From the IMG/VR virus record IMGVR_UViG_3300006052_000009, positions 8,895 to 72,894 of that record: a DNA stretch of 64,000 nucleotides. The stretch is one strand, 5' to 3'. The translations under genes and the position numbers were made by a program. Positions 45,601 through 54,081 of the stretch are shown here, piece by piece; position 1 is the stretch's first letter; every line of letters starts with the position of its first letter. This DNA is from a virus. The notes under the pieces are model-generated. The model saw nothing but the letters and a program-made list of their open reading frames with translations, was not told the origin of the DNA and ran no database searches.

Positions 45601-48600
45601 TTGAATGAATCATTAGAAAAAAATAATGGCGAAGGTATAGTGATTCTATCTAAACGTGATGATACAAAACACTCAACATCGCTACAAGCTAAAGTTGGAT
45701 TTGTTAAAATGCTTTTGCATTACGGAAAGGATAAAAATGGTTATGACGGATTGATTAAAGCGATCAAGGATATCTATAGCATAGGTAATACAAAAGACGC
45801 TCAAAAAGTTATAGATCTTTTTGATAATTACCTCCATGGTGGTCGAATGGCAGACGGACAAACCATGAACGAGGCAAAGACATCATATCAAAATTTCAGA
45901 GCATCATTAATAAAAAATGCTAATCCATTAATAACTCAGATGATGAGAGATATGGGTTATGAAGGTCCAGAATTTTTTGATGCAACCCAACTAAAAAAGG
46001 GTATCTATAAAGCAACTGGGAAAGGGATTGATACCATGTTTACTGACATTGGTCAGGAAGATTTTTTAAAAGGTGTTGCGCCTGGTTCAGCCTACGCTGC
46101 GATAAAAGTTAACAGTAAAGTCATCGTTGAACCTAACAAAGGACATCCCTCTTATCCATTTTTAATAAAAACTGCGGATGGCTCACCAGTGAAACTAGAT
46201 GTTTTCAAAAGAACATTTATGACTCACGGTAAAAATCAAGCTATCAATGGACGATCTAGTGAAAAGGGAAGTTTTGGAGTAGTAACAACAACAAAGCCAG
46301 ATTACACATTCAATAAAAATGCTGATTTAAATAACCCATCATCAAAGTCATTAATTGATCCGCTTAGTAAATATGGAGCAATTGATAGAACGAATGCCTT
46401 AAAGCAAAACGCTAACGCTCAATTCCGTGTCAAGAACGGTCAGAAGATCATTGAGTCACTCAAAGACTTCAGCCGTGTAAAGAACAAGGCCAAGGCTGTC
46501 GTTGCCTTCACCCACGAAGTAATGCATGGCACAGTTACATCTATCCTCGATGCCGCATCAGAGGGAAATGAGGTTGGACTTAAGCATGCTAATACCATCG
46601 TTGAAGAGTTCAATAAAGCAACTGGTAAGAATATCACCCGCGATCAGTTGCTACAAGGTAATGAACAGTTCAAGCAAGGTAAGACCACTGACTCGTATCG
46701 TGCTGTGCAGGAGTTCATCGCCAGATCGTGGGAACTTTATAACCGCAAGGGACCGAAAGGGTTCAGCGAGTCATTCCAGAAAGTCCTCGATGCGATATCT
46801 ACTTCGTTCCGTCAGGTGTACAAAGCCTGGAAAGGAAGCGAGATCGATGTGCCACTCTCGAAAGAACTCGAGGGTATGTTCAATGAATTATTAGGAAAAG
46901 AAAATGAAAAAACTGAAACCCAACGAACTGGAGAAACTACAGGAGGAGAGCCAGTTTCAGAAACTGCCACACAAGAAGCACTTCCTCCACAAGAAAACAA
47001 AGAAGTCCAAGGAACAGAAGGACTGAAGCAAGAGGCACCTGAGCAAGGACAAAAGAGCCTTTTAAATCGTGCCTATTTTGGCGCAACTGAAGAAACGATA
47101 AAATCGGAAATTGAAAAACAAGGACTACAATATCCGATTGAGTCACATGAAGAAGCTCGAAGAAAGGCTGATGAATTTATTAATTCAGTTGGAATTGACA
47201 ACGCTCTTAATGCGGTTAGAAATAATGAAGTAGAGGATGGTGCCGCTGCTTACATCTGGGCAAAAGCAATTGATTCAATGGATAATAATCCTGTTGAACA
47301 GGCTAAACTATTGGGTGAGTTCGACACTAAAATGCGTTCAAGTGGTAGGCTTATTTCGGCACTTGGTGATGTATACAAAAGTTCTGATTTCAATTACAAT
47401 GTAGAAAGACAAATAAGTCAATTTAAAACATTGAACAATGGACAGATACCTATTGAAGTTGAAAGAAAGTTCCGTGAACTTGATCAGAAACTGAAGGAGG
47501 CTAATGATAAAATCAAACAACTTGAGGCTAACCAAAACTCCTTCAAAAGAATAGCCGAGCACGAAAAGGAGGAACGTAAAAAATTAATAACTGAAAAAAA
47601 GAAAAAGGAGATAGTCAACTTTTTTGATGCTCTGAAAATCGATACCAAAAACAACATTGCAACCGCATCAATATTGCCAATAGGGGTTCTTCCTCATGTA
47701 TGGAATGCGACAGTTGATGTTATTAAACAGGCTGTATTAACAGGTGCCGATGTAGCCAATGCTATTCAGGCGGGTATTGATTACATTAAGGCAAATCAAA
47801 AAGAGCCATTTGATGAAAAGAAATTCAGGGAAGAGTTTACGCCTGAAATTCAAAAGATCATTCCTAGGAAAGAGCCTGTTAAAATGCCTTCCGTTGAACA
47901 AGGAAAAATTAAAATTCCAGACAGTTTAATAAAAGAACTTGTAGCCAATGGGGCATCTACAATTGAGGAACTTACAGATCAGGTTCATTCTCTAATTAAA
48001 GAAACCAATCCGGAGATCACCATTAGGGAGGTGAGGGATGCCATTACAAAGTACGGACGTACTGCTTCAATGAGCCAGGAAGCTATCGATGTAGAGATAC
48101 GTAAGATGAAGAGAATTGGCCGACAGTTGTCAATATTGGAAGACATTCAAAAGAAACAACGTCCACTACGTTCTGGACTTCAGCGGGATAAATTATCTGA
48201 TCATGAAAGAAGACTTCGTAAAGAAATAAACGAGGGCTTAAAAGAATTGCCATTAGATAAAGAGGAGGAGGATAGACAATGGAGGACGGCACTTGATGCT
48301 GTTAAATCACGGCTTCAAAATCAGATATCGGATCTCGAGCATCAAATCGAAACTGGCAAGAAGACACCAAAGAAAAAAGGTATTGAATATGATGCCGAAG
48401 CGATAGCGTTACATAAAAGAAGGGACGAATTAAAAAGCATCATTGAAGAAATTGAAGGGAAACAAGGTGTCCCCGATGAGACAAGATTAAAGAATGCAAT
48501 CAAGGCTGCCGAAAATTCTCATTATGAATACGAAAGAAGAATCAGAGAAAAAGATTTCTATAAAAGAGAAGGGAAGCCTCTTCCTGAATCAGAAGAATTA

Positions 48601-50145
48601 AAGATAGTAAAGGAACAAAGAGATCAGGCCAAAAAGATTTACAATGAATTGAAGGAAAGCGAGGGTGTAGCAGAGGCGCAAAGAAGAGAATCGAGAAAGA
48701 AAGCAATTCGTAAATCGATCTCCGAATACGAAAGAAGAATTAAAGAAAAAGACTTTGTAAAAAAAGAGCCAAAGAAAACTTCTGTAGACGAAGAATTGAA
48801 ACGACTGAAGATTCAAAAGAATCAGATCAAAGAACAATTTGATATTGAGCAAGAGAAAAACAGACTTGCTAATAGAACGAAGTCTGAAAAGGCTTGGGAT
48901 GCAACTTTGGATATTTCTAATCTTCCAAAGTCTTTGTTAGCATCAATTGATATGTCGGCCCCACTTAGGCAAGGAATAATATTAAGTGCTGGTAATCCTG
49001 TAATTGGAGGTAAATCTTTTGTTGAAATGGTTAGACAAGCATTTTCAAAAGAAAGAGCATCCCAATGGCTTCATGAATTAAGGATGACTGATGAGTATCA
49101 ATTAATGAAGGAATCGAAATTATTCCTATCTGAGCCAAGCGTTTCATTGTCTGCCAGAGAAGAATTTTTCATGTCTAATTTAGCTGAGAAAATTCCTGTT
49201 TTAGGAAAATTAGTCGCTGGTAGTAACAGGGCTTATACTGGGTTCTTGAATAAGTTGAGAGCCGATGTTTTTAATTATGGTGTAAATAATTTAAAAGATC
49301 AGGGAATCACAATTGAAAATAATCCAGAGGTATATAAAGCATGGGCATCATTTATCAATAATGCTAGTGGTAGGGGTGAGTTAGGAGCACTAGAAAACTC
49401 TGCAACAGTTTTAAATACTGTATTTTTTGCACCACGATATGTAGCATCAAGGATTAATCTTTTGAATCCTGTAACCTATGCAAAGATGCCACAACCTGTA
49501 AGGATAATGGCAATGAAAAATATGCTTTCATTTCTTGGATTTTATGCCATTACAGCGATGATGATGTCGGCGGCAGGAGCCGAGGAAGAAAAAGATCCTC
49601 GTAGCACTGATTTTGGTAAGTTCAAATTTGGCGATACACGTTATGACATACTCGCTGGATTCCAACCAATCATTAGATTGATTGGTCAGTTAGCAACAGG
49701 TGAGGTTAAAAGAAAAGGTAAGATTCAATCTTTGACATCACATGAAAAGAATGGAAAAATTGTACAGCCACAAGAAACAAGGGCTGACATTTTATTAAGA
49801 TTCGGAAGAAGTAAATTATCGCCAGCATTGGGAGCCGCTGCTGATCTATTGACGGGAAAAGATATGGTTGGACAGCCTGTTACTTGGGACTCAGAACTGC
49901 TTAAAACAGTTACTCCTCTGTACATTCAGGACATCCACTCAATTTATAAGAGCGAAGGAGCCACTGGAGTCTTAACATCGGCCATTCCTGCGTTCTTTGG
50001 TGTTGGAGTTCAGAATTATCCAGAGAAACCAGAAAAACAAAAGAAATCATTATCATTAAGACAACAGATAATGAAGCCATTTAAGGAGGCCATGCATCCA
50101 ATGGATAGTACCTTTAATAAACTGAAGAAAGACTTGAGAAAATAA
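42688..50145 (+). CDS. Giant internal virion or polyvalent protein (2485 aa) with a zincin HExxH domain
   Basis: Gly/Ala-rich membrane-like region, low-complexity linkers, HEVMH at 46513-46527, long coiled coils and a C-terminal DPRSTDFGK region. Confidence 0.8.
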   Translation: MKTGKDNPKNWTPPDDAVEVMEKPSWTPPEDAIPVKKKDHTVSETASPSTSAQPGSGESSVAFEQPKKPSGKATEPNILNAPSVKAMQEVDLSKPEEETNIWKELGKFLIGDTQNKLFQQKQTKEQKVKSEFFKEAGEEEDKSLSHQIAQGLKQVGPSLDKAAVENISMLPKALAMAQHGVELGIEKITGAKAQPIENLLPMQAGKWIDDKARELGIGVIDPRHAGFLNSEIPHMFGNMLLLYMTGGASAAGKAGQLAEGLANEGLKGMTKEAIKHVGPTAAVAGAQMGVAEFEKAKEMGASDDAAFRTFLGTLPASGFYAVPLARQIERINNLTGGGIVNALKTKGINSIEMATQSAVYNTMSNAIAKNQYDPNRGYLEGLKESVGTGAFVGLIMPGVVKVAKENPKYRDEILKEARTVLEKPDVVKSPEQTISDAQDEIKSSGDLGNINQKAEEIVDNLKQQSNAVQEPKAGEVLQREQEQVGGTGSERGRVEQSVQGKETSGESNVQEPRTEETGNGGVGKQEETLNQQQNENETGNGETLQSRREQNREEGGTEQGVSLSDNGQRREEEVRGEENGGLGAQKVNESTIGFAPYRSKNVKTIKEDSEIRQSEDYKAHQENVQKIADGLGIKIVDKADTWGGYVDSETGVPVQEVSNMIHVEGPPEKIKLMAALLGKTSPEMQDSVLIGGYKNEGNGVEYRFNLGDFKQGEKAVKLLKENGLEYFTLDTKTGQLTILDPENTNTKNIVTFTESLKKNGIAHELRASKIEAEFIGSQDYDRIIGEGARTQVGAENGFDINAHIKGAEGKYEGIKNSKALEKFGVQPKDIPATSSLLTRLFEGLKQSGITTAKNVSDWVSIGKAAKQRVSALFQPTIYGLSKITKEPAFDKSNFEKDIASGRVSFKEPSESLEDKYFAITHPDDFYTGSTKIGNKKISEGGGGVFFTLARGGKGDVWASVSENGAKNFAKQLNESLEKNNGEGIVILSKRDDTKHSTSLQAKVGFVKMLLHYGKDKNGYDGLIKAIKDIYSIGNTKDAQKVIDLFDNYLHGGRMADGQTMNEAKTSYQNFRASLIKNANPLITQMMRDMGYEGPEFFDATQLKKGIYKATGKGIDTMFTDIGQEDFLKGVAPGSAYAAIKVNSKVIVEPNKGHPSYPFLIKTADGSPVKLDVFKRTFMTHGKNQAINGRSSEKGSFGVVTTTKPDYTFNKNADLNNPSSKSLIDPLSKYGAIDRTNALKQNANAQFRVKNGQKIIESLKDFSRVKNKAKAVVAFTHEVMHGTVTSILDAASEGNEVGLKHANTIVEEFNKATGKNITRDQLLQGNEQFKQGKTTDSYRAVQEFIARSWELYNRKGPKGFSESFQKVLDAISTSFRQVYKAWKGSEIDVPLSKELEGMFNELLGKENEKTETQRTGETTGGEPVSETATQEALPPQENKEVQGTEGLKQEAPEQGQKSLLNRAYFGATEETIKSEIEKQGLQYPIESHEEARRKADEFINSVGIDNALNAVRNNEVEDGAAAYIWAKAIDSMDNNPVEQAKLLGEFDTKMRSSGRLISALGDVYKSSDFNYNVERQISQFKTLNNGQIPIEVERKFRELDQKLKEANDKIKQLEANQNSFKRIAEHEKEERKKLITEKKKKEIVNFFDALKIDTKNNIATASILPIGVLPHVWNATVDVIKQAVLTGADVANAIQAGIDYIKANQKEPFDEKKFREEFTPEIQKIIPRKEPVKMPSVEQGKIKIPDSLIKELVANGASTIEELTDQVHSLIKETNPEITIREVRDAITKYGRTASMSQEAIDVEIRKMKRIGRQLSILEDIQKKQRPLRSGLQRDKLSDHERRLRKEINEGLKELPLDKEEEDRQWRTALDAVKSRLQNQISDLEHQIETGKKTPKKKGIEYDAEAIALHKRRDELKSIIEEIEGKQGVPDETRLKNAIKAAENSHYEYERRIREKDFYKREGKPLPESEELKIVKEQRDQAKKIYNELKESEGVAEAQRRESRKKAIRKSISEYERRIKEKDFVKKEPKKTSVDEELKRLKIQKNQIKEQFDIEQEKNRLANRTKSEKAWDATLDISNLPKSLLASIDMSAPLRQGIILSAGNPVIGGKSFVEMVRQAFSKERASQWLHELRMTDEYQLMKESKLFLSEPSVSLSAREEFFMSNLAEKIPVLGKLVAGSNRAYTGFLNKLRADVFNYGVNNLKDQGITIENNPEVYKAWASFINNASGRGELGALENSATVLNTVFFAPRYVASRINLLNPVTYAKMPQPVRIMAMKNMLSFLGFYAITAMMMSAAGAEEEKDPRSTDFGKFKFGDTRYDILAGFQPIIRLIGQLATGEVKRKGKIQSLTSHEKNGKIVQPQETRADILLRFGRSKLSPALGAAADLLTGKDMVGQPVTWDSELLKTVTPLYIQDIHSIYKSEGATGVLTSAIPAFFGVGVQNYPEKPEKQKKSLSLRQQIMKPFKEAMHPMDSTFNKLKKDLRK
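44084..44275 (+). CDS. Nested small basic protein in the +1 frame of the giant gene (63 aa)
   Basis: MPYKSLKQERYFNANKSKLEAQGVNVDEWNKASKGKKLPER.... A-rich leader TTAAACAACAAAGCA like those of stand-alone genes. Confidence 0.65.
   Translation: MPYKSLKQERYFNANKSKLEAQGVNVDEWNKASKGKKLPERAMSKSHARKKLAMVALANKRKH
44288..44449 (+). CDS. Second nested small basic protein in the +1 frame (53 aa)
   Basis: MKMKLGTGKRFKAGVNKIEKKEGLSKESASAIMASAGRKKYGAKKMAAWAHKK*. Leader ACCAACAACAAA lies 12 nt after the previous stop. Confidence 0.65.
   Translation: MKMKLGTGKRFKAGVNKIEKKEGLSKESASAIMASAGRKKYGAKKMAAWAHKK
46904..47026 (+). CDS. Possible third nested basic peptide in the +1 frame (40 aa)
   Basis: MKKLKPNELEKLQEESQFQKLPHKKHFLHKKTKKSKEQKD*. 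Coincides exactly with a low-complexity linker of the host protein. Confidence 0.4.
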   Translation: MKKLKPNELEKLQEESQFQKLPHKKHFLHKKTKKSKEQKD

Positions 50146-50161
50146 ACATTAACTTTTTACT

Positions 50162-50169
50162 TAACTTTG
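50162..50169 (+). promoter_or_regulatory. -7 box TAACTTTG
   Basis: Upstream of ATG 50186. Confidence 0.6.
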
Positions 50170-50185
50170 TTAAAAACCAAGCATT

Positions 50186-50704
50186 ATGGCCGAATTAGCA
50201 TACGCCCTTCATAAAGAAGTTGAAACCTATAGACTCGTTATGGGTAACAACTCGACAACTGTTCACCCTGTGCTTGGTACATTCCCAATAAAAGGATGCA
50301 TACCACTTCCAGTCACTGACTCAACGAGAAACCCTGGCACCATCACCACCAATGCAGGAACGCCAACCGTTGTTGTAGGAACGGGAACAACGTTTCTTTC
50401 CTATTATACACCTGGAGATTTTATCGCTGACGGTAATGGTGTATGCAGAAAGATAACACAGGTTAACTCGGACACGCTTTTGACTGTTGAGGCGGCATGG
50501 CCATCTCCCCTCAGCAATGCTACTCCAAACAGGGTTAAGCCTTTGTACTCTTCGATTGAAGCTCATAATACTAGCGCATCCGTTGCGGCTGTTCTTCTTG
50601 AACAAACATTTCCTGCTGGAGATACATTCGTTAATAGCGGAGCACCTGTCTCCTACGATGTAAGCACGGCCTCAAGTCAGATTTCTTTCACCCTACACGT
50701 TTAA
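50186..50704 (+). CDS. Structural or fibre-like beta protein
   Basis: VVGTGTTFL...GDFI...ITQVNSDTLLTV motif typical of tail-fibre N-terminal modules. Confidence 0.6.
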   Translation: MAELAYALHKEVETYRLVMGNNSTTVHPVLGTFPIKGCIPLPVTDSTRNPGTITTNAGTPTVVVGTGTTFLSYYTPGDFIADGNGVCRKITQVNSDTLLTVEAAWPSPLSNATPNRVKPLYSSIEAHNTSASVAAVLLEQTFPAGDTFVNSGAPVSYDVSTASSQISFTLHV

Positions 50705-50710
50705 AATTTT

Positions 50711-50989
50711 ATGGAACCATTTCTCAACGGATCATTCAACCCCAATTGGGTATTCAGCGGAATAGTAACAATTTTATGCCTTCTTGTGTGGCGAATGTTG
50801 ACGAAGATGGAGAAGAACGTGGAGAAGCATGCAGAGAAATTGGAAATACACCACACAGCAATTCAACTTCATGAACAGAAACTTGAAGATCACGAAAACG
50901 ACCTGAAGACACACCGCGAGACAACACGCGAACTAGCCGAAGAAGTTGTACGGAAAATGCAGATCGCATTTGATGTAAGAAAGTTATGA
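50711..50989 (+). CDS. Putative holin (one TM plus coiled coil)
   Basis: TM WVFSGIVTILCLLVW. Coupled to the endolysin gene. Confidence 0.55.
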   Translation: MEPFLNGSFNPNWVFSGIVTILCLLVWRMLTKMEKNVEKHAEKLEIHHTAIQLHEQKLEDHENDLKTHRETTRELAEEVVRKMQIAFDVRKL

Positions 50990-51465
50990 ATCTCACCGAC
51001 CACATAAGTAAGTGGTGCTCGTATGGTGAGGCCATCCATTCACAGAATGCAGAACGGTTAGGTATTATCAATATTCCAAGCGATGAAGTTCTCGAGGATA
51101 TGAAGTACACCGCTACTCATATTTTCGATCCAGTGAGGGAATTCATCAATGAGCCATTAACAGCATCTAGTTTTTTTCGTTGTGCTGAATTGAATGGCAA
51201 TACGCCAGGAAGTAGCAACACAAGTCAACATGTGCTCGGACAGGCTGTCGATATGTATTCGACAGGAAGGCTTGTCGATATATTTAAGTTCGTAAGAGAC
51301 CACCTTGAGTTCGATCAATTGCTCTGGGAATACGGATCCACAGTTGTCCCTGCATGGGTTCACGCCAGCATCACATCACACAGAGCGAACAGAAAGCAAA
51401 TTCTCCGTGTGTACGTTGACGAGAACAAACAGATTCACTACATACCATTTGATCTACACATATGA
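50986..51465 (+). CDS. Peptidase M15 endolysin
   Basis: SFFRCAELN...SQHVLGQAVD...FDQLLWEY...WVHAS (zinc ligands H, D, H). Confidence 0.88.
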   Translation: MNLTDHISKWCSYGEAIHSQNAERLGIINIPSDEVLEDMKYTATHIFDPVREFINEPLTASSFFRCAELNGNTPGSSNTSQHVLGQAVDMYSTGRLVDIFKFVRDHLEFDQLLWEYGSTVVPAWVHASITSHRANRKQILRVYVDENKQIHYIPFDLHI

Positions 51466-51905
51466 CAGCCTTCATCTTCATTGGAATGGAACCTGACTTT
51501 GGCATCCAGCCTATCAGTCTCGCATTACTTTTTGTGCCTTTGTTATTCAGATTGTACTTGGACTACGAGACAATAGTTATTCATAATGAAAGGCCTAACC
51601 ACTCGCTACATACCGCAATTACTGGTGCGTTGATGGCTGTGCTTTCTGTTATAGTATGGTACATTGAACCGGTGAAATACTGCTGGCAGCCGTTTTTATT
51701 GATGTGGGGAATCTTTGGATTGTTTTTTGATTATTTACTCAACATACTGAGAAAAAAGGAATGGTACTACATCACTGTTGACAATCCTGGCATATTTGAC
51801 AGAGCTTTCCTTGCCATCGGAGTATGGGGAGAATTGTTCTTTAAGTTGTGGTGGCTACTGACCACGTTCTCGGTTTACTTCTACATGAGTTATATTACAG
51901 GATGA
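51462..51905 (+). CDS. Multi-pass membrane protein
   Basis: Four hydrophobic segments. Confidence 0.65.
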   Translation: MTAFIFIGMEPDFGIQPISLALLFVPLLFRLYLDYETIVIHNERPNHSLHTAITGALMAVLSVIVWYIEPVKYCWQPFLLMWGIFGLFFDYLLNILRKKEWYYITVDNPGIFDRAFLAIGVWGELFFKLWWLLTTFSVYFYMSYITG

Positions 51906-52267
51906 AAGTCTGGATGGCGATAGCTGTTGTCATCAGCATACTAGGTACGCTGGGACTACTCGTGAAGGGTGTTAAATTTTTCCATGGTCTTATTGATTCA
52001 CTTACTACTGAGCAGGGTGGATATAGCGCAAGAAAGATTGTTGCTTATTTCGGAGTGATAATGGCTGGAATACTAAGCGTCAAACACACCAATCATGAAA
52101 ATGCTGACTCTATTATAACTACTTGGTTGGTATTTGTATCCGTGTGCCTTGGTATAGTTACCGCATCACAACTTATTCAATTGAAGTTGGGTTCATCTTC
52201 CAGCGCACCATCCGACAAAGATGGCGACAGGAATCCAAAACCATCGGACGGCCTTCCTGTGGGATAG
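51902..52267 (+). CDS. Holin-like membrane protein
   Basis: Three TM segments and an SARKIVAYFG motif. ATG 51902 is coupled to the previous stop. Confidence 0.55.
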   Translation: MKVWMAIAVVISILGTLGLLVKGVKFFHGLIDSLTTEQGGYSARKIVAYFGVIMAGILSVKHTNHENADSIITTWLVFVSVCLGIVTASQLIQLKLGSSSSAPSDKDGDRNPKPSDGLPVG

Positions 52268-52564
52268 TTTTACGATAATCTCATCCTTATAGTCCATTGC
52301 TTTGTGTAGGTTCTGAATAACAGAATCCTTTGCAACAATTTGTTGCCCTTTAAGTAATGAGATTGAATCGTACTTGTTGATTTCTTTTGTCAATCCCTGA
52401 ATGTGTTTCTCCTGAATTCTGATGAGCGTATCCTGAGCGTCTTTGATCTGTAAGTCGCGTTGGATAAGCCTTCCGATCCTGAGCGTTGTGCATACCGTTG
52501 AGTCCTGAGCTTGTACAGCGAAGGCACCAAGCGTGAGGATTAGTGCGAGTATCTTTTTTGCCAT
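52193..52564 (-). CDS. Spanin-like protein (signal peptide, coiled coil, C-terminal TM)
   Basis: MAKKILALILTLGAFAVQA, coiled coil, and WFWIPVAIFVGW. Confidence 0.55.
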   Translation of the reverse strand: MAKKILALILTLGAFAVQAQDSTVCTTLRIGRLIQRDLQIKDAQDTLIRIQEKHIQGLTKEINKYDSISLLKGQQIVAKDSVIQNLHKAMDYKDEIIVKLSHRKAVRWFWIPVAIFVGWCAGR

Positions 52565-52878
52565 AATGAATCGAGTTGAGAGGCCTTGTATTTTATCGTT
52601 GGCATGAAGGTGATATGATTAACCACAACGTGCTCTATCTTGGAAAGAGAGTCACTTTGATGGGCAAGTTTAGAGATGTCCTTTGTTAGATCGGCAATGA
52701 ACTTGTCTTTACGTGCTGCCGAGTCTTCCCATGCCTTGGCTTTCATCTCATGGAACTTTGCTTCTGCCTTGTACTTGGCAAGCAGGGCATCCTGATTGGC
52801 CGAGGAGCGTCCTAAGAAGTAGGCACCGCCTAATACGATAGTAAAGACAGCCCAGAAAATTATTTTTTGCGCATCCAT
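52540..52878 (-). CDS. i-spanin-like protein (N-terminal TM plus coiled coil)
   Basis: IIFWAVFTIVLGGAYFLG followed by a helical region. Overlaps its partner gene. Confidence 0.55.
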   Translation of the reverse strand: MDAQKIIFWAVFTIVLGGAYFLGRSSANQDALLAKYKAEAKFHEMKAKAWEDSAARKDKFIADLTKDISKLAHQSDSLSKIEHVVVNHITFMPTIKYKASQLDSLWQKRYSH

Positions 52879-53600
52879 ATATTTTCTTCAAGCATGACGT
52901 AGTAATCCACTCCCTCTATTTTAATAATCCAATCCGATGCCTCTTGGTATAAGATCACATCTCCGGATTTCAAATCAAAACCCTTACGGCAGAATGCGAT
53001 TGTTCCTTCGTAAAGTTTAGCCTCGACTTCATCCTTAACGATCAACCCTGTCTCACTTTTAAGTTCATCTTCTGACTCGAGATTAGGTTTTACAAGGATG
53101 TACCCGCCTTGCGGACGTATGTCTCCATTCTTACCGACAGCGCAGATGATTTGATCTACGGTTGCCAGATACTCGTCATCGCCAATGAGATTCTCTGGTT
53201 CAGTAACAGAGGGGTGGAAGTAGACTTTTTCACCCACTTCACAGTCGATGGTAGTCCCGTAATCGGCAATAGTTGCGTAGTTGATTCGCTCGCAAATACC
53301 TGGATGATATTTAGTGTTGTCCCACTCGGGTTGAACACCTTGATTCCTTTGGGATTGGATGGCATCATGGCCAATGAATATTTTGGGGTTAGGGAAGCCT
53401 GGGTCGATGGGCATGTAATTCGTGTCCCTGTAGCCAATTGGTTTAGCTACAATCGTCCCTGTCAGTAGCTTGCGTTCATACCTATCAAGTTCCTTTTCTT
53501 CTCTGTACCACGCTGTATTGAGTCGTATCAGTCCAGTTTCTGTCGGGCGAGTGTCGTAGATGCTGTCTGCCTTGATAATGTGATAGTCGAGTAACTCCAT
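52860..53600 (-). CDS. Tandem (double-domain) GroES-like co-chaperonin
   Basis: C-terminal IRPQGGYILVKP...SETGLIV...GTI...KSGDVILY...IKIEGVDYYVMLEENI. The N-terminal half has TETGL...GTIVAKP...EVGEKVYF. Confidence 0.65.
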   Translation of the reverse strand: MELLDYHIIKADSIYDTRPTETGLIRLNTAWYREEKELDRYERKLLTGTIVAKPIGYRDTNYMPIDPGFPNPKIFIGHDAIQSQRNQGVQPEWDNTKYHPGICERINYATIADYGTTIDCEVGEKVYFHPSVTEPENLIGDDEYLATVDQIICAVGKNGDIRPQGGYILVKPNLESEDELKSETGLIVKDEVEAKLYEGTIAFCRKGFDLKSGDVILYQEASDWIIKIEGVDYYVMLEENIWMRKK

Positions 53601-53727
53601 AAATCAAAGATACTAAAAATCTTGTATTTTTTTATAAAAGAATTTTTTATACATTTGACCAAGACAAAAGCCCGATCATCCCGTGATCAGGCCGTAAACT
53701 AACCGACAATGTTGAGAGTATTGGGGA

Positions 53728-53762
53728 AGAGGGCTGGTAAATTAATATCAGCCCTCTATTTT
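53728..53762. terminator. Hairpin terminator (possibly bidirectional)
   Basis: AGAGGGCTGGTA/TATCAGCCCTCT stem followed by ATTTT. Confidence 0.65.
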
Positions 53763-53774
53763 GGGAATCAATTA

Positions 53775-54038
53775 TTAAGCAACCGTCTTTGCTTGGAGGG
53801 TCGCGATTGTATCGAGAACGAACAACTCCTGCTGAAGCCATGGCTGAGAGAGAATAATTTTTCCGTAAAGGTATGGAAGACCATATATGCTCTGGCCTCC
53901 GCGCACGTTCACAGGATACATCGCATTTATCTCATCCGTAGTCAAGACAAACGGATAGGAGTCTGTTACGAACCACGTACCATATGAATCTACGTTTCTT
54001 TCGATACGGTACACTTGGAGGTTGATTGCTAATGCCAT
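53775..54038 (-). CDS. Hypothetical protein (87 aa)
   Basis: A-rich leader, followed by the hairpin. Confidence 0.65.
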   Translation of the reverse strand: MALAINLQVYRIERNVDSYGTWFVTDSYPFVLTTDEINAMYPVNVRGGQSIYGLPYLYGKIILSQPWLQQELFVLDTIATLQAKTVA

Positions 54039-54081
54039 AATTTTTTATTTTAAAGTCTAAAGGTCGTTAAAAATATTTCGA

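Noticed and set aside
46526-46894. 122-aa +1-frame ORF inside the giant gene
   Set aside because: It overlaps the conserved HExxH domain rather than a linker, has Ser/Arg-rich off-frame composition, and lacks an A-rich leader.
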